From a virus, in IMG/VR virus record IMGVR_UViG_3300027749_000042: a stretch of 64,000 nt of DNA; one strand, written 5' to 3'. A program made the translations under genes and the position numbers. This document shows, piece after piece, positions 1 to 9,221 of this stretch (the first letter of the stretch is position 1; each line of letters opens with the position of its first letter). Under the pieces are notes generated by a model, which ran no database searches, was not told the DNA's origin, and saw only the letters and a list, made by a program, of their open reading frames with translations.

Positions 1-1365
1 GACTCGTCACCAAATGCATTTGTTATAACTAATAATGGTAATGTCGTAGCAACTCAATTTGCTCCATTCTCATCATTCTCTGCAATAGCAAAATCAGCAA
101 CACAAACACAAACAATACTAACATCTGGTTCTGGAACATATTATACTCCATCGGGTGTTGCTTGGTTACGTGTCCGTATGGTTGGTGGAGGTGGAGGTGC
201 TGGTGGCGGCAGTGTTAGTAGCAGTTACGCTGGTGCTGGTAGTGCTGGGTCTAATACAACTTTTGGTACATCGTTTTTAACTGCTACTGCTGGTAGTGGC
301 GCTGATAATAGTAATGCACCTGGATTAGGTGGTGGTGCTGGTGGTGCTGGCACTATTACAGGGGCTACTGGTATAACAATAGCAGGAGGTAGAGGAAGTC
401 CTGGTGGGTTTTCTCCTTATTCTGTTGGAGGTTCAGGCGGTTCTACTCCATTTGGAGGTGTTGGTGTTGGTTTTCCCCCAGGAAGCGTCGGTAATGGAAC
501 AGCAGGTTCCACAAATAGTGGTAGTGGAGGAGGTGCTGGCGGTGGTCCAGGTGCTGGTTATTCTTTTGCTGGTCATGGTGGCGGTGGTGGCGGATATGTT
601 GAAGCATATATATCAAATCCCGCAGCATCTTATGCATATACAGTAGGAACTGGTGGCGGAGGTGGAGCAGGTAGCACTGGTGGTAACGGTGGGTCTGGCG
701 GTTCTGGTGTTATTATCGTTGAAGAGAATTATGCTGTAAGCGTTGTCAAAAAATCAATGACACAAACAATACTGACATCTGGTTCTGGAACATATACTAC
801 ACCAATTGGCGTTGTTCAATTAGAAATTCGTATGGTTGGTGGTGGTGCTGGTGGAACTGCTGGCGGTGGTGGTACCGTTGGTAGTGCTGGTACTAATACA
901 ACATTTGGAACATCCTTTTTAAATGCTGGTGGTGGTTCTGCTTCTCCCGGTCAATCGGCATATGGTGGCGGACCTGGAGGTACGTCGAGTGGTGGTAATA
1001 TAAATCTAAATGGCGGTAGTGGTGCTGCTGGAACTGCATCATATAGTTCCGCTCAAGGTGTAGGCGCTGTTGGTGGATCATCAGCTTTTGGTGGCGGCGG
1101 ATATGCTGGTGGCGCTTATAGTAACGTGAATGGTGGTGCAGCTGGAACAAACACTGGCGGCGGTGGAGGTGGTGGTGCTGTTAACAGTCAAGGAGGTTGG
1201 GGCGGCGGCGGCGGTGGCGCTGGTGGATATGTTGAAGCATATATATCAACTCCCGCAGCATCTTATTCATATACTGTAGGTGCTGGTGGAGGTGGAGGCG
1301 CTAGTGGAGCAACAACTGGCGGCGGTGGTGGTTCTGGTATCATTATAATTAAAGAATATTATTAA
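1..1365 (+). CDS. Glycine-rich tail fibre/adhesin-like virion protein (5' truncated by window)
   Basis: Frame is open from base 1 through the ORF called at 178; two copies of a Gly-rich domain (TQTILTSGSGTY.TP...MVGGG...GGYVEAYIS.PAASY.YTVG...GSG.III.E). Confidence 0.75.
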   Translation, partial: DSSPNAFVITNNGNVVATQFAPFSSFSAIAKSATQTQTILTSGSGTYYTPSGVAWLRVRMVGGGGGAGGGSVSSSYAGAGSAGSNTTFGTSFLTATAGSGADNSNAPGLGGGAGGAGTITGATGITIAGGRGSPGGFSPYSVGGSGGSTPFGGVGVGFPPGSVGNGTAGSTNSGSGGGAGGGPGAGYSFAGHGGGGGGYVEAYISNPAASYAYTVGTGGGGGAGSTGGNGGSGGSGVIIVEENYAVSVVKKSMTQTILTSGSGTYTTPIGVVQLEIRMVGGGAGGTAGGGGTVGSAGTNTTFGTSFLNAGGGSASPGQSAYGGGPGGTSSGGNINLNGGSGAAGTASYSSAQGVGAVGGSSAFGGGGYAGGAYSNVNGGAAGTNTGGGGGGGAVNSQGGWGGGGGGAGGYVEAYISTPAASYSYTVGAGGGGGASGATTGGGGGSGIIIIKEYY

Positions 1366-1384
1366 CTCAAAGGAGAACTAAACA

Positions 1385-1759
1385 ATGGGACATTTTGCAA
1401 AAGTAGTAGACGGAAAAGTATCACAGGTGATTGTTGCGGAGCCAGACTTCTTCGACACATTTGTTGATTCATCACCTGGTCAGTGGATTCAAACCTCATA
1501 TAATACAAGAGGTAATGTTCACTATGCACCAAATTCAAATGAGCCAGATGGTGGTGAAGCACTAAGAGTTAACTATGCTGGTATTGGATACACATATGAT
1601 AATATCAATGATGTGTTCTATGCACCACAGCCATTTCCTAGCTGGACATTATCAGAAACAACATGGCTGTGGGCAGCACCAGTTGCTTATCCAGATGATG
1701 GTAAGATGTATGTTTGGGATGAAGTGACTACATCTTGGAAAGAAGTTGGTCAGCCATAA
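1385..1759 (+). CDS. Small protein typically following phage tail-fibre genes (putative fibre assembly/chaperone)
   Basis: SD AAGGAG; MGHFAKV...WIQTSYN...NYAGIGYTYD...FYAPQPFPSW pattern; position after fibre gene. Confidence 0.6.
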   Translation: MGHFAKVVDGKVSQVIVAEPDFFDTFVDSSPGQWIQTSYNTRGNVHYAPNSNEPDGGEALRVNYAGIGYTYDNINDVFYAPQPFPSWTLSETTWLWAAPVAYPDDGKMYVWDEVTTSWKEVGQP

Positions 1760-1770
1760 TCATTAGTTTT

Positions 1771-1778
1771 TATAAATA
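1771..1778 (+). promoter_or_regulatory. T4-type late promoter (TATAAATA)
   Basis: Exact gp55 consensus upstream of head-assembly genes. Confidence 0.8.
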
Positions 1779-1802
1779 GATTATCATAAGAAAGGTTTAA
1801 TT

Positions 1803-2000
1803 ATGGAAGAGATTCAACTAGCAATTCAAGCAGCCGCTTCATCAGATGCCAACGCATTTCGCGAGCATATTGGTGCTGCATTGTCTGCAAAGATTTCAGA
1901 TGCTCTTGATCTGAGACGAATCGAAATTGCGTCCAATATGCTTGCGCCTCAAGAAGAGGCCTTAGAAGATCAGGAGATCGTATCAGATGAAGACGTTTAA
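1803..2000 (+). CDS. Prohead core protein, gp67-like
   Basis: Small helical protein with acidic tail, upstream of gp21 and after a late promoter. Confidence 0.55.
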   Translation: MEEIQLAIQAAASSDANAFREHIGAALSAKISDALDLRRIEIASNMLAPQEEALEDQEIVSDEDV

Positions 2001-2565
2001 ACAACTTCGCGAAGCGGTAACAAAGAAAGATGCCGAATCTGACGAACTAAAGCCACGTGCTAAGGGTGAGCAAGATTTTGCAAACGCACATACAAAAACA
2101 GTGACAGATTATCCAGCAGAAGGCGATGCTTTTGAGACCGACGACAAGATTGCAAAATCAAAGCATCATGGTGTAGGTGGTGATCGTAGTGTTATCAAGC
2201 AGGGTACATCTGACCTAGCAGATAAGTCTGGATTTAAGGGGCAACAAACAAAGACACGCGCAAACGCCACAAATGCGTCTAGCGATAAGACACCAATTCG
2301 TGGTCCATCATCCGTGCAAGCGTATGCGGAAGAAGTATTCAGCGAGCGTTCTACCATCACAGAATCAAGCGAAGACACATATGAGATTGAGCTTGAAAAT
2401 GGTGACGTTGTAGAAGTAAACGAGGAAACACTTGATATCATTACCGACACATATTCAAGATTAAATGCTGAGAATCAGGAAATGTTCCGTGACATGATTA
2501 ACCAGAGCGCCGATTCATTCTCAACGATTATGGACTTCGTTGCTTCAAACGTAGAAGTGGAGTAA
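1987..2565 (+). CDS. Putative prohead core/internal head protein
   Basis: N-terminal MKTFKQLRE resembles T4 capsid-targeting sequence; lies in head module. Confidence 0.5.
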   Translation: MKTFKQLREAVTKKDAESDELKPRAKGEQDFANAHTKTVTDYPAEGDAFETDDKIAKSKHHGVGGDRSVIKQGTSDLADKSGFKGQQTKTRANATNASSDKTPIRGPSSVQAYAEEVFSERSTITESSEDTYEIELENGDVVEVNEETLDIITDTYSRLNAENQEMFRDMINQSADSFSTIMDFVASNVEVE

Positions 2566-2568
2566 CTC

Positions 2569-2982
2569 ATGGCTGCTAATAACGAAGGCATTATGAACAA
2601 GCAAACCAAAGGTGGTTGGATTATTGCTAAGTTTCATAACAGCGGCGGAATCAAACCAAATGCGGTAGACGCAACGACAAACGGCACTCCAGTATGGGGT
2701 GCTAATTCTGCTGGTGAAACTGTTGCAAGCATGAACATCATCTCAGCCGATGTTAACTGTGGTGGCGCTAATAGCGTGTATTTTGAAGTTAAACGCGGCG
2801 CAAGTATGGTACTGGTTCTTTCAGGTCAAAGTTACCATGACTTATCTGATAGTCGTCTTGTTGATAACACACCAGCTATGGCTACATCAAATGTAACGAT
2901 TACTAAAGTTGGTACTGGTCCGGCTACTCTTATTCTCAAGCTGCATAAGACGGTAGCCATCACAGGAGGTTCGCGTTACTAA
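2569..2982 (+). CDS. Hypothetical virion protein
   Basis: ORF tightly packed between head genes; TAATG overlap with gp21. Confidence 0.55.
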   Translation: MAANNEGIMNKQTKGGWIIAKFHNSGGIKPNAVDATTNGTPVWGANSAGETVASMNIISADVNCGGANSVYFEVKRGASMVLVLSGQSYHDLSDSRLVDNTPAMATSNVTITKVGTGPATLILKLHKTVAITGGSRY

Positions 2983-3638
2983 TGAAGCTAATCTGCGAAC
3001 TAAACGAAAGCGATATTCAAATCGTAACCGAGGCTACCGAGTCTGGTGAAAAGAACTTCTTCATTGAAGGCATTTTCATGCAAGCTGGTATTCAAAACAA
3101 AAACGGTCGAGTTTATCCCGTTGATATTGTCTCACGCGAAGTCGATAGGTACCGTGGTGCATATATCGACACCAACCGTGCATATGGTGAACTAGGCCAT
3201 CCTGCAGGTCCAAACATTAACCTAGAGCGCGTATCACACATGATTAAGGATCTTCACATGGAAGGTTCTAATGCTATTGGTCGTGCAAAGATCATGGACA
3301 CACCATACGGTAAGATCGTCAAGGATCTTATGAAGGAAGGTGCCAACCTTGGTGTCTCTTCACGCGGTATGGGAACACTCACAAAAAGAAATGGTATCAT
3401 GGAAGTAGGTAGCGATTTCTACCTTGCTACCGCTGCTGATATCGTTGCTGATCCTTCTGCACCACAAGCGTTTGTTCGTGGTATCATGGAAGGCAAAGAA
3501 TGGATTTGGGAAAACGGCGTTCTACACGAGCGTGAAATTTCTGAGATTCGCGACGACATTGAAGACGGTTATGCTACCACTCGCAACAAAGAAGAGGTAA
3601 TGATTGAGGCTTTTAAAAAGTTTCTATCAAAACTCTGA
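2982..3638 (+). CDS. gp21: Prohead core protease gp21
   Basis: IEGIFMQA..NKNGRVYP, AYGELGHP, LGVSSRGMG, ADIVADPSAP motifs. Confidence 0.97.
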   Translation: MKLICELNESDIQIVTEATESGEKNFFIEGIFMQAGIQNKNGRVYPVDIVSREVDRYRGAYIDTNRAYGELGHPAGPNINLERVSHMIKDLHMEGSNAIGRAKIMDTPYGKIVKDLMKEGANLGVSSRGMGTLTKRNGIMEVGSDFYLATAADIVADPSAPQAFVRGIMEGKEWIWENGVLHEREISEIRDDIEDGYATTRNKEEVMIEAFKKFLSKL

Positions 3639-3641
3639 TTT

Positions 3642-3649
3642 TATAAATA
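3642..3649 (+). promoter_or_regulatory. T4-type late promoter
   Basis: TATAAATA upstream of gp22. Confidence 0.8.
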
Positions 3650-3691
3650 ACATAAGAAACATTTTTTGATAACACCTGAGGAGAAATGAAT

Positions 3692-4783
3692 ATGTCAGTT
3701 CAGGACACAAATGTCGATAAGCTCGACGTACAAGAAGCAAAGAGAGCGAGCTTTGGCGTTAATGCTGAGGTTCCTGATCCAACTGGAGTAAGTGCATCAC
3801 CTCCTGGTGGTTCACAGAATTCTGGTGATAGAACAAACCCAATGCAGGGTTCTAGCGTTAAGCCATACACAAAGGTTGGTATGATTAACTCTATGATTCA
3901 AGCACTCTCTGGAATGAAGAAGGCCGAAGTATCAATAGCTTATGATTCATTCAAGGGCGATAAGACAAACCCAATGCAGGGTTCATCTGTTAATCCAAAG
4001 GGCCGTATGGCTGAGTCCAAGATTGCCCGTCTAACAAAGGAAGACCTCGACGTGTCCGATGATATCAAGGCCATTTTTGAAGGCACCGACGTTTCTGCCG
4101 ATTTCATTGCTCGCGCAACTGAAGTATTTGAAGCAGCTGTTCTAACTAAAGTTAATGAGCAGATTTCTGTTCTTGACGAAAGATTTGAATTGGCTCTATC
4201 CGAAGAAACAGAAAGCCTAGGCGAGTCGCTAGTTGAGCGCGTAGACACATATCTTGACTATGTTGTTGAGAGCTGGATGGAAAACAATGCCGTTGCTGTA
4301 GAGCGCGGGCTAAAGGCTGAGATCGTAGAAGGTTTCATGAAGGGTCTTAAGGATCTATTCACAGAACACTACATCGACATTCCAGATGAAGCCGTTGATG
4401 TAACCGAAGAACTAGCTGACCAGGTTGAAGTTCTTGAGGCTGTTATCAACGAAGAAATCGAAAAGAATATTGAGCTAACAGCTCAGATTAAAGAATTTGA
4501 GCGCGTAATTGCGTTCAATGAAGTTTCAGAAGGTCTTGCAGATACGCAGTATGCAAAGCTACAATCGCTTTCTGAAGCAGTTGACTTCGATGACATTGAG
4601 TCATATCAGAAGAAGATTGCTACCCTTCGTGAGAGTTACTTCCCAACAAGGGGTTCGGCCGGCCCCCTAAACGAAAGCGTAACACTCGATGAGGAACCAG
4701 TGGGCGAAGAAATCGCTGAAAAGCAGGTTCCGGGCGAAATGGCTGCTTACATGAACGCGATCACTCGCGGTATCAGAAAGTAA
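3692..4783 (+). CDS. gp22: Prohead core scaffold protein gp22
   Basis: Acidic coiled coil; VDTYLDYVVESWMENN, LFTEHYIDIP, LRESYF motifs; between gp21 and gp23. Confidence 0.93.
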   Translation: MSVQDTNVDKLDVQEAKRASFGVNAEVPDPTGVSASPPGGSQNSGDRTNPMQGSSVKPYTKVGMINSMIQALSGMKKAEVSIAYDSFKGDKTNPMQGSSVNPKGRMAESKIARLTKEDLDVSDDIKAIFEGTDVSADFIARATEVFEAAVLTKVNEQISVLDERFELALSEETESLGESLVERVDTYLDYVVESWMENNAVAVERGLKAEIVEGFMKGLKDLFTEHYIDIPDEAVDVTEELADQVEVLEAVINEEIEKNIELTAQIKEFERVIAFNEVSEGLADTQYAKLQSLSEAVDFDDIESYQKKIATLRESYFPTRGSAGPLNESVTLDEEPVGEEIAEKQVPGEMAAYMNAITRGIRK

Positions 4784-4823
4784 GTTTTTATAACATTAGT
4801 TGAAATCAATAAGGAGAACTAAC

Positions 4824-6215
4824 ATGCAATCTCTGAATGAACAAGTTCAGAAAAAGTGGCAGCCAGTCCTGGAGCACAATGACCTTGCTCCAATCAAGGA
4901 TACGCACCGCCGCTCAGTAGTAGCACAGCTTCTAGAAAATCAGGAGCGTTCCGCTCGCGAACAAGGTTTTGGATCTGGTGGTTACCAGGCTCCATCACTA
5001 CTAGGTGAAACAGCTCCAACAAACGCTATGGGTGCATCGTCATCCACAGCAGCCGACGGTTCAATCGACACATTCGATCCAGTGCTTATCTCATTGGTTC
5101 GTCGTTCTATGCCTAACCTAATTGCGTATGATATCTGCGGCGTTCAGCCAATGACAGGTCCAACAGGACTTATCTTCGCAATGCGTTCACGTTACACATC
5201 ACAGACTGGCACAGAAGCTCTCTTCAACGAAGCTAACACAACCTACTCTGCATCTGCTAAGGCTAACACAGCATCGTCATTCGTTGTTGCTAACACCTCA
5301 GCCCGCGCACAGTCTGGTACTGATCCAACTGAGCGTGTAAAGGCTGGTGCTGCTGGCTATAACGTGTCAACAGGTATGACTACTGCTCGTGCAGAAGCTC
5401 TTGGTGACGGACGTGGTAACGATTTCCAGGAAATGGCATTCAGCATTGAGAAGGTTGCTGTAACCGCAGTTAGCCGCGCTCTCAAGGCAGAATACACAAT
5501 GGAACTTGCACAGGATCTTAAGGCCATTCACGGTCTTGACGCTGAGCAGGAACTATCAAATATTCTTGCTGCTGAAATCCTTGCCGAAATCAACCGTGAA
5601 GTTGTTCGTACAATCAACTACACTGCTACAGCCGGCGCTCAGGAAAACGTAACCTCAACAGGTACGTTCAACCTAGACGTTGACTCTAACGGTCGTTGGA
5701 TGGTAGAAAAGTTCAAGGGGCTATTGTTCCAGATTGAACGCGAAGCTAACCAAATTGCCAAGGCAACTCGTCGTGGTAAGGGTAACGTAATCATCTGCGG
5801 TTCTGACGTAGCTTCGGCTCTTCAGATGGCAGGCGTTCTTGATTACACTCCAGCTCTTGCAAACAATCTAAACGTAGACGATACTGGTAATACCTTCGCT
5901 GGTGTTCTTGGTGGTCGTATCAAGGTTTACATTGATCCATACTTCTCTTCTGCATCTGGTAAGCAGTATTTCACAATCGGCTATAAGGGCTCTTCAGCAT
6001 TCGACGCTGGTCTGTTCTATTGTCCATACGTACCACTTCAGATGGTTCGTGCAGTTGGTGAAAACAGCTTCCAGCCAAAAATTGGCTTCAAGACTCGTTA
6101 CGGAATGGTTGCAAACCCATTCGCAACAACGAATGCCACTGGTTCTATTGGTACGTTCGGCGATGCCCGCGCAAACCTTTACTACCGCTTTGTGCAGGTC
6201 ACAAACCTTATGTAA
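4824..6215 (+). CDS. gp23: Major capsid protein gp23
   Basis: KWQPVLEH, LVRRSMPNLIAYDICGVQPMTGPTGLIFAMR, FYCPYVPLQM, FQPKIGFKTRYG; SD AAGGAG before ATG 4824. Confidence 0.99.
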   Translation: MQSLNEQVQKKWQPVLEHNDLAPIKDTHRRSVVAQLLENQERSAREQGFGSGGYQAPSLLGETAPTNAMGASSSTAADGSIDTFDPVLISLVRRSMPNLIAYDICGVQPMTGPTGLIFAMRSRYTSQTGTEALFNEANTTYSASAKANTASSFVVANTSARAQSGTDPTERVKAGAAGYNVSTGMTTARAEALGDGRGNDFQEMAFSIEKVAVTAVSRALKAEYTMELAQDLKAIHGLDAEQELSNILAAEILAEINREVVRTINYTATAGAQENVTSTGTFNLDVDSNGRWMVEKFKGLLFQIEREANQIAKATRRGKGNVIICGSDVASALQMAGVLDYTPALANNLNVDDTGNTFAGVLGGRIKVYIDPYFSSASGKQYFTIGYKGSSAFDAGLFYCPYVPLQMVRAVGENSFQPKIGFKTRYGMVANPFATTNATGSIGTFGDARANLYYRFVQVTNLM

Positions 6216-6272
6216 TAAAAACCTCTCTGATTCAAAGGAGAGGCAATACAAGACGGGTTCAAACCGCAAACT

Positions 6273-6300
6273 GGGAGGGCAGAAATGCTCTCCCTTTTTT
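6273..6300 (+). terminator. Rho-independent terminator after gp23
   Basis: GGGAGGGCA-GAAA-TGCTCTCCC followed by a T-run. Confidence 0.85.
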
Positions 6301-6315
6301 ATTATAAATAGTCGT

Positions 6316-6861
6316 ATGTCAGTATATCAAAATCAACCAGATAACATCAATATGCTCGGGCAAAATGGTTTCCAGTTTGCTATCAAGCGACTGCCTACCG
6401 TGAACTATTTTGCTCAAGGCGTTTCTATTCCAGCCATATCAATGAATGCAATTGAGACACCAACTCCGTTTGCGTATGTACCACGTCCAGGAGATAGGTT
6501 GACATATGACCCGTTATCAATTACATTTAAGGTTGATGAGGATCTAAAAAACTATTTTGAAATTCAAAGATGGCTTGTAGGGCTTGGGCACCCTGATGAT
6601 CTCGGGCAGACACGCGACCTGTCAAAAGACATTCGCAATAACTCAGTTGGTTTTAGACCAGTTGGTAATGCAACCACATTCGTATCAGACGCAGTTCTTT
6701 CGGTATTGACTAGTGCTAAGAATCTAAATATCAATATCTTCTTTTATGATTGCTTCCCAATCTCACTTACAGAATTAGCATTTACGTCTACCAATACCAC
6801 AATTGATTATCTAGAGGCCACAGCGGTATTCAGATATCGTAAGTATGCGCTAGACGAGTGA
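6316..6861 (+). CDS. gp3: Tail completion/tube terminator protein gp3-like
   Basis: F.IKRLPTVNYFAQGVSIP, PGDRLTYDPLSITFKVDEDLKNY, DCFPISL; late promoter TATAAATA at 6303-6310. Confidence 0.85.
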   Translation: MSVYQNQPDNINMLGQNGFQFAIKRLPTVNYFAQGVSIPAISMNAIETPTPFAYVPRPGDRLTYDPLSITFKVDEDLKNYFEIQRWLVGLGHPDDLGQTRDLSKDIRNNSVGFRPVGNATTFVSDAVLSVLTSAKNLNINIFFYDCFPISLTELAFTSTNTTIDYLEATAVFRYRKYALDE

Positions 6862-6886
6862 TAGACTGACCCGATACAACATCCTT

Positions 6887-6915
6887 ATTATACCTTAGAT
6901 ATAGTCGGTTGTCAA
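6887..6915 (-). promoter_or_regulatory. Antisense sigma70 promoter (TTGACA-17-TATAAT)
   Basis: + strand ATTATA 6887-6892 and TGTCAA 6910-6915, 17-bp spacer. Confidence 0.7.
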
Positions 6916-6928
6916 TACAAATAATGCA

Positions 6929-6957
6929 TTGACAATGCTCAAACTTAATGGTATTAT
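6929..6957 (+). promoter_or_regulatory. Early/middle sigma70-type promoter of uvsY
   Basis: TTGACA-17-TATTAT. Confidence 0.8.
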
Positions 6958-6963
6958 GTACAT

Positions 6964-7401
6964 ATGAAACTTGAAGACATCCTTGAGAACTGGTCAAAAG
7001 ACGCGCTATATGACGATCTTAACTTAGATCGCGATAGCCTCGCAATTTCTTCCCTTCACGCCAAATATATCCAAATCTTAGCCATTGAAAGGTCGCTTCT
7101 GAGATCATGCATGGCTAAGAAAAAAGGTCTGTATAAGGACTTGCGTGAGTATTACCTTGGCACATTAAACAATCCCGATGACCTCGAGCGCATGAGCCGT
7201 GAGCCTTTTCTTCACAAGGTGTTGAAGAATGAGGTGCATAACTATGTGGATTCTGATAGCGAATTGATGAAGCTAGACAACCGCATCTCTATGCAGGAAG
7301 AAAAGGTAGAGACACTAACCTCAATCATCAAAGCTATTCATCAGCGTGGTTATGATATCAAGTCGGCTATTGAGTGGAGAAAGTTCACGAATGGATTCTG
7401 A
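6964..7401 (+). CDS. uvsY: Recombination mediator UvsY
   Basis: LHAKY, EYYLG, RGYDIKSAIEWRKF..G; upstream of uvsW. Confidence 0.92.
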   Translation: MKLEDILENWSKDALYDDLNLDRDSLAISSLHAKYIQILAIERSLLRSCMAKKKGLYKDLREYYLGTLNNPDDLERMSREPFLHKVLKNEVHNYVDSDSELMKLDNRISMQEEKVETLTSIIKAIHQRGYDIKSAIEWRKFTNGF

Positions 7402-8881
7402 TATCAGATTGCACAAAGTAAATGAAGCTTTTATTAGTGTTGAGTGTGATCTTGGTATTGCTAGAGAATTATCTGAGCATCTTACATTTGAAGTGCCTGG
7501 TGCTAAGTATAGCCCTGCGTTCAAAGCAAAACATTGGGACGGTAAGATCCGTCTATTCAACTCTCGCAACAATCAAATCTACCACGGCCTCTCACGCGAG
7601 GTAATGCGTTGGGGGCAAGAGCATGATTACACCGTAGAGTCGGTTGATGGTTTTGACGCAACAGAAGAATTCTCATTGACTGAAGCTAAAGAATTTGCAC
7701 ATTCGCTCGGGCTTCCGTTCGAACCCCACGATCATCAACTACGCGCATTTGCTCTTGCTGTTAGGAACAAACGCTGTGTTTTGGTTTCTCCTACTGGTTC
7801 TGGTAAATCACTTATCATCTATCTTTTGACGAGGTACTATGACTGCCGTACTCTTATTATTGTGCCAACTATTTCTTTGGTGCACCAGTTGTATTCTGAT
7901 TTTGCCGACTATGGTTTTGTATCTGATGAGTTCGTTCACCGAATTTTTGGAGGGCAAGACAAACAAACTGATAAACCAATTGTTATCTCAACCTGGCAAT
8001 CCGTTTACGAAATGGATAAAAGATTTTTCGAATCTTTTGAGTTGATTGTCGGTGACGAAGCACATCTGTTCAAAGCACAGAGCCTTACTAAGATTATGAC
8101 ATCCATGGGCAATACTCAGTATCGGTTTGGTCTCACAGGTACGCTTGATGGCTCACAAGTCAATGAACTAGTCCTTGAGGGTCTTTTTGGTCCAGCAACC
8201 AAGATCATCTCCTCACGCGAACTAATGGATCAAGGCACACTTGCTGATTTGAAAATCAAAGTTCTGGTGTTGAATCATCCTGTTGCAGAAGCAAAGAAAC
8301 TAAAAGGTGGTACATATCAAGATGAAATTGCACACATTATTTCTTTTGAACCTCGCAATAAATTCATTCGTAATCTTGCTGTATCTCTCGGGGGGAATAC
8401 ACTGATCCTTTATTCATATGTTGAAAAGCATGGTGCTATTCTGTATGACATGATCGGTGAGAAAGCAGGCAATCGCAAAGTGTTTTTCGTTCACGGTGGT
8501 GTCGATGGTGAAGAGCGAGAGGCCATTCGTGCTATCGTCGAGAAGGAAAAAGATGCTATCATCGTTGCATCCTACGGCACGTTTAGTACAGGCATAAATA
8601 TCAAGAACCTACACAATGTCATATTCGCAAGCCCAACTAAAAGCCGCGTTAGAACTATGCAATCAGTCGGTCGCGGCTTGCGCGTATCAGATACCAAAGA
8701 CAGTATGACACTATTCGATATTGCAGACAATCTTACTATCGGCAACAATAAGAACTTCACATTGAACCACCTTATTGAACGTGTGAAGATGTACAACTCT
8801 GAGGGGTTTGCATATGAAATGCACACCATCAAACTAAAGGAGAGTTCTAATGACCGAAGTGTATTATTTGAAGATGAATAA
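7391..8881 (+). CDS. uvsW: SF2 DNA helicase UvsW
   Basis: WDGKIRLF, SPTGSGKS, GDEAH, GLTGT, QSVGRGLR. Confidence 0.97.
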   Translation: MDSDIRLHKVNEAFISVECDLGIARELSEHLTFEVPGAKYSPAFKAKHWDGKIRLFNSRNNQIYHGLSREVMRWGQEHDYTVESVDGFDATEEFSLTEAKEFAHSLGLPFEPHDHQLRAFALAVRNKRCVLVSPTGSGKSLIIYLLTRYYDCRTLIIVPTISLVHQLYSDFADYGFVSDEFVHRIFGGQDKQTDKPIVISTWQSVYEMDKRFFESFELIVGDEAHLFKAQSLTKIMTSMGNTQYRFGLTGTLDGSQVNELVLEGLFGPATKIISSRELMDQGTLADLKIKVLVLNHPVAEAKKLKGGTYQDEIAHIISFEPRNKFIRNLAVSLGGNTLILYSYVEKHGAILYDMIGEKAGNRKVFFVHGGVDGEEREAIRAIVEKEKDAIIVASYGTFSTGINIKNLHNVIFASPTKSRVRTMQSVGRGLRVSDTKDSMTLFDIADNLTIGNNKNFTLNHLIERVKMYNSEGFAYEMHTIKLKESSNDRSVLFEDE

Positions 8882-9212
8882 CGGCGATGATCTCCTATGC
8901 ACCTACGAAGGTGAGGACGAGGATTGTCTTTATGTTTGTCAGCCATTCGTCGTTGATGCCACACCAAATCTTGACACTGGCATATTGACAACAACTATAA
9001 TGCGTTGGATTCCATTTGATTCGCTCATGGAAACCAAAATAACTATTGACAAATGCAACGTAATGGTGTATTCTCAAGTAGAATTAGATATCGCAGAACG
9101 CTACCAACGCACCCTTATTATGCTGGAAGAGAAGCGTAAATATGAAGCGCGCCAAGAAATGATTCGCGATATGGCCGAATCTGCAAATGGCATTAGCTTA
9201 TCAATCCACTAG
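8850..9212 (+). CDS. Conserved T4-like hypothetical protein (Sm-like fold suspected)
   Basis: YYLKMNNGDDLLC pattern; usual position between uvsW and gp55. Confidence 0.6.
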   Translation: MTEVYYLKMNNGDDLLCTYEGEDEDCLYVCQPFVVDATPNLDTGILTTTIMRWIPFDSLMETKITIDKCNVMVYSQVELDIAERYQRTLIMLEEKRKYEARQEMIRDMAESANGISLSIH

Positions 9213-9221
9213 GAGTATATT

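Noticed and set aside
5902-6315. N-terminal extension of the 319-aa ORF overlapping gp23
   Set aside because: Crosses the gp23 terminator; the real start is ATG 6316 after the late promoter.
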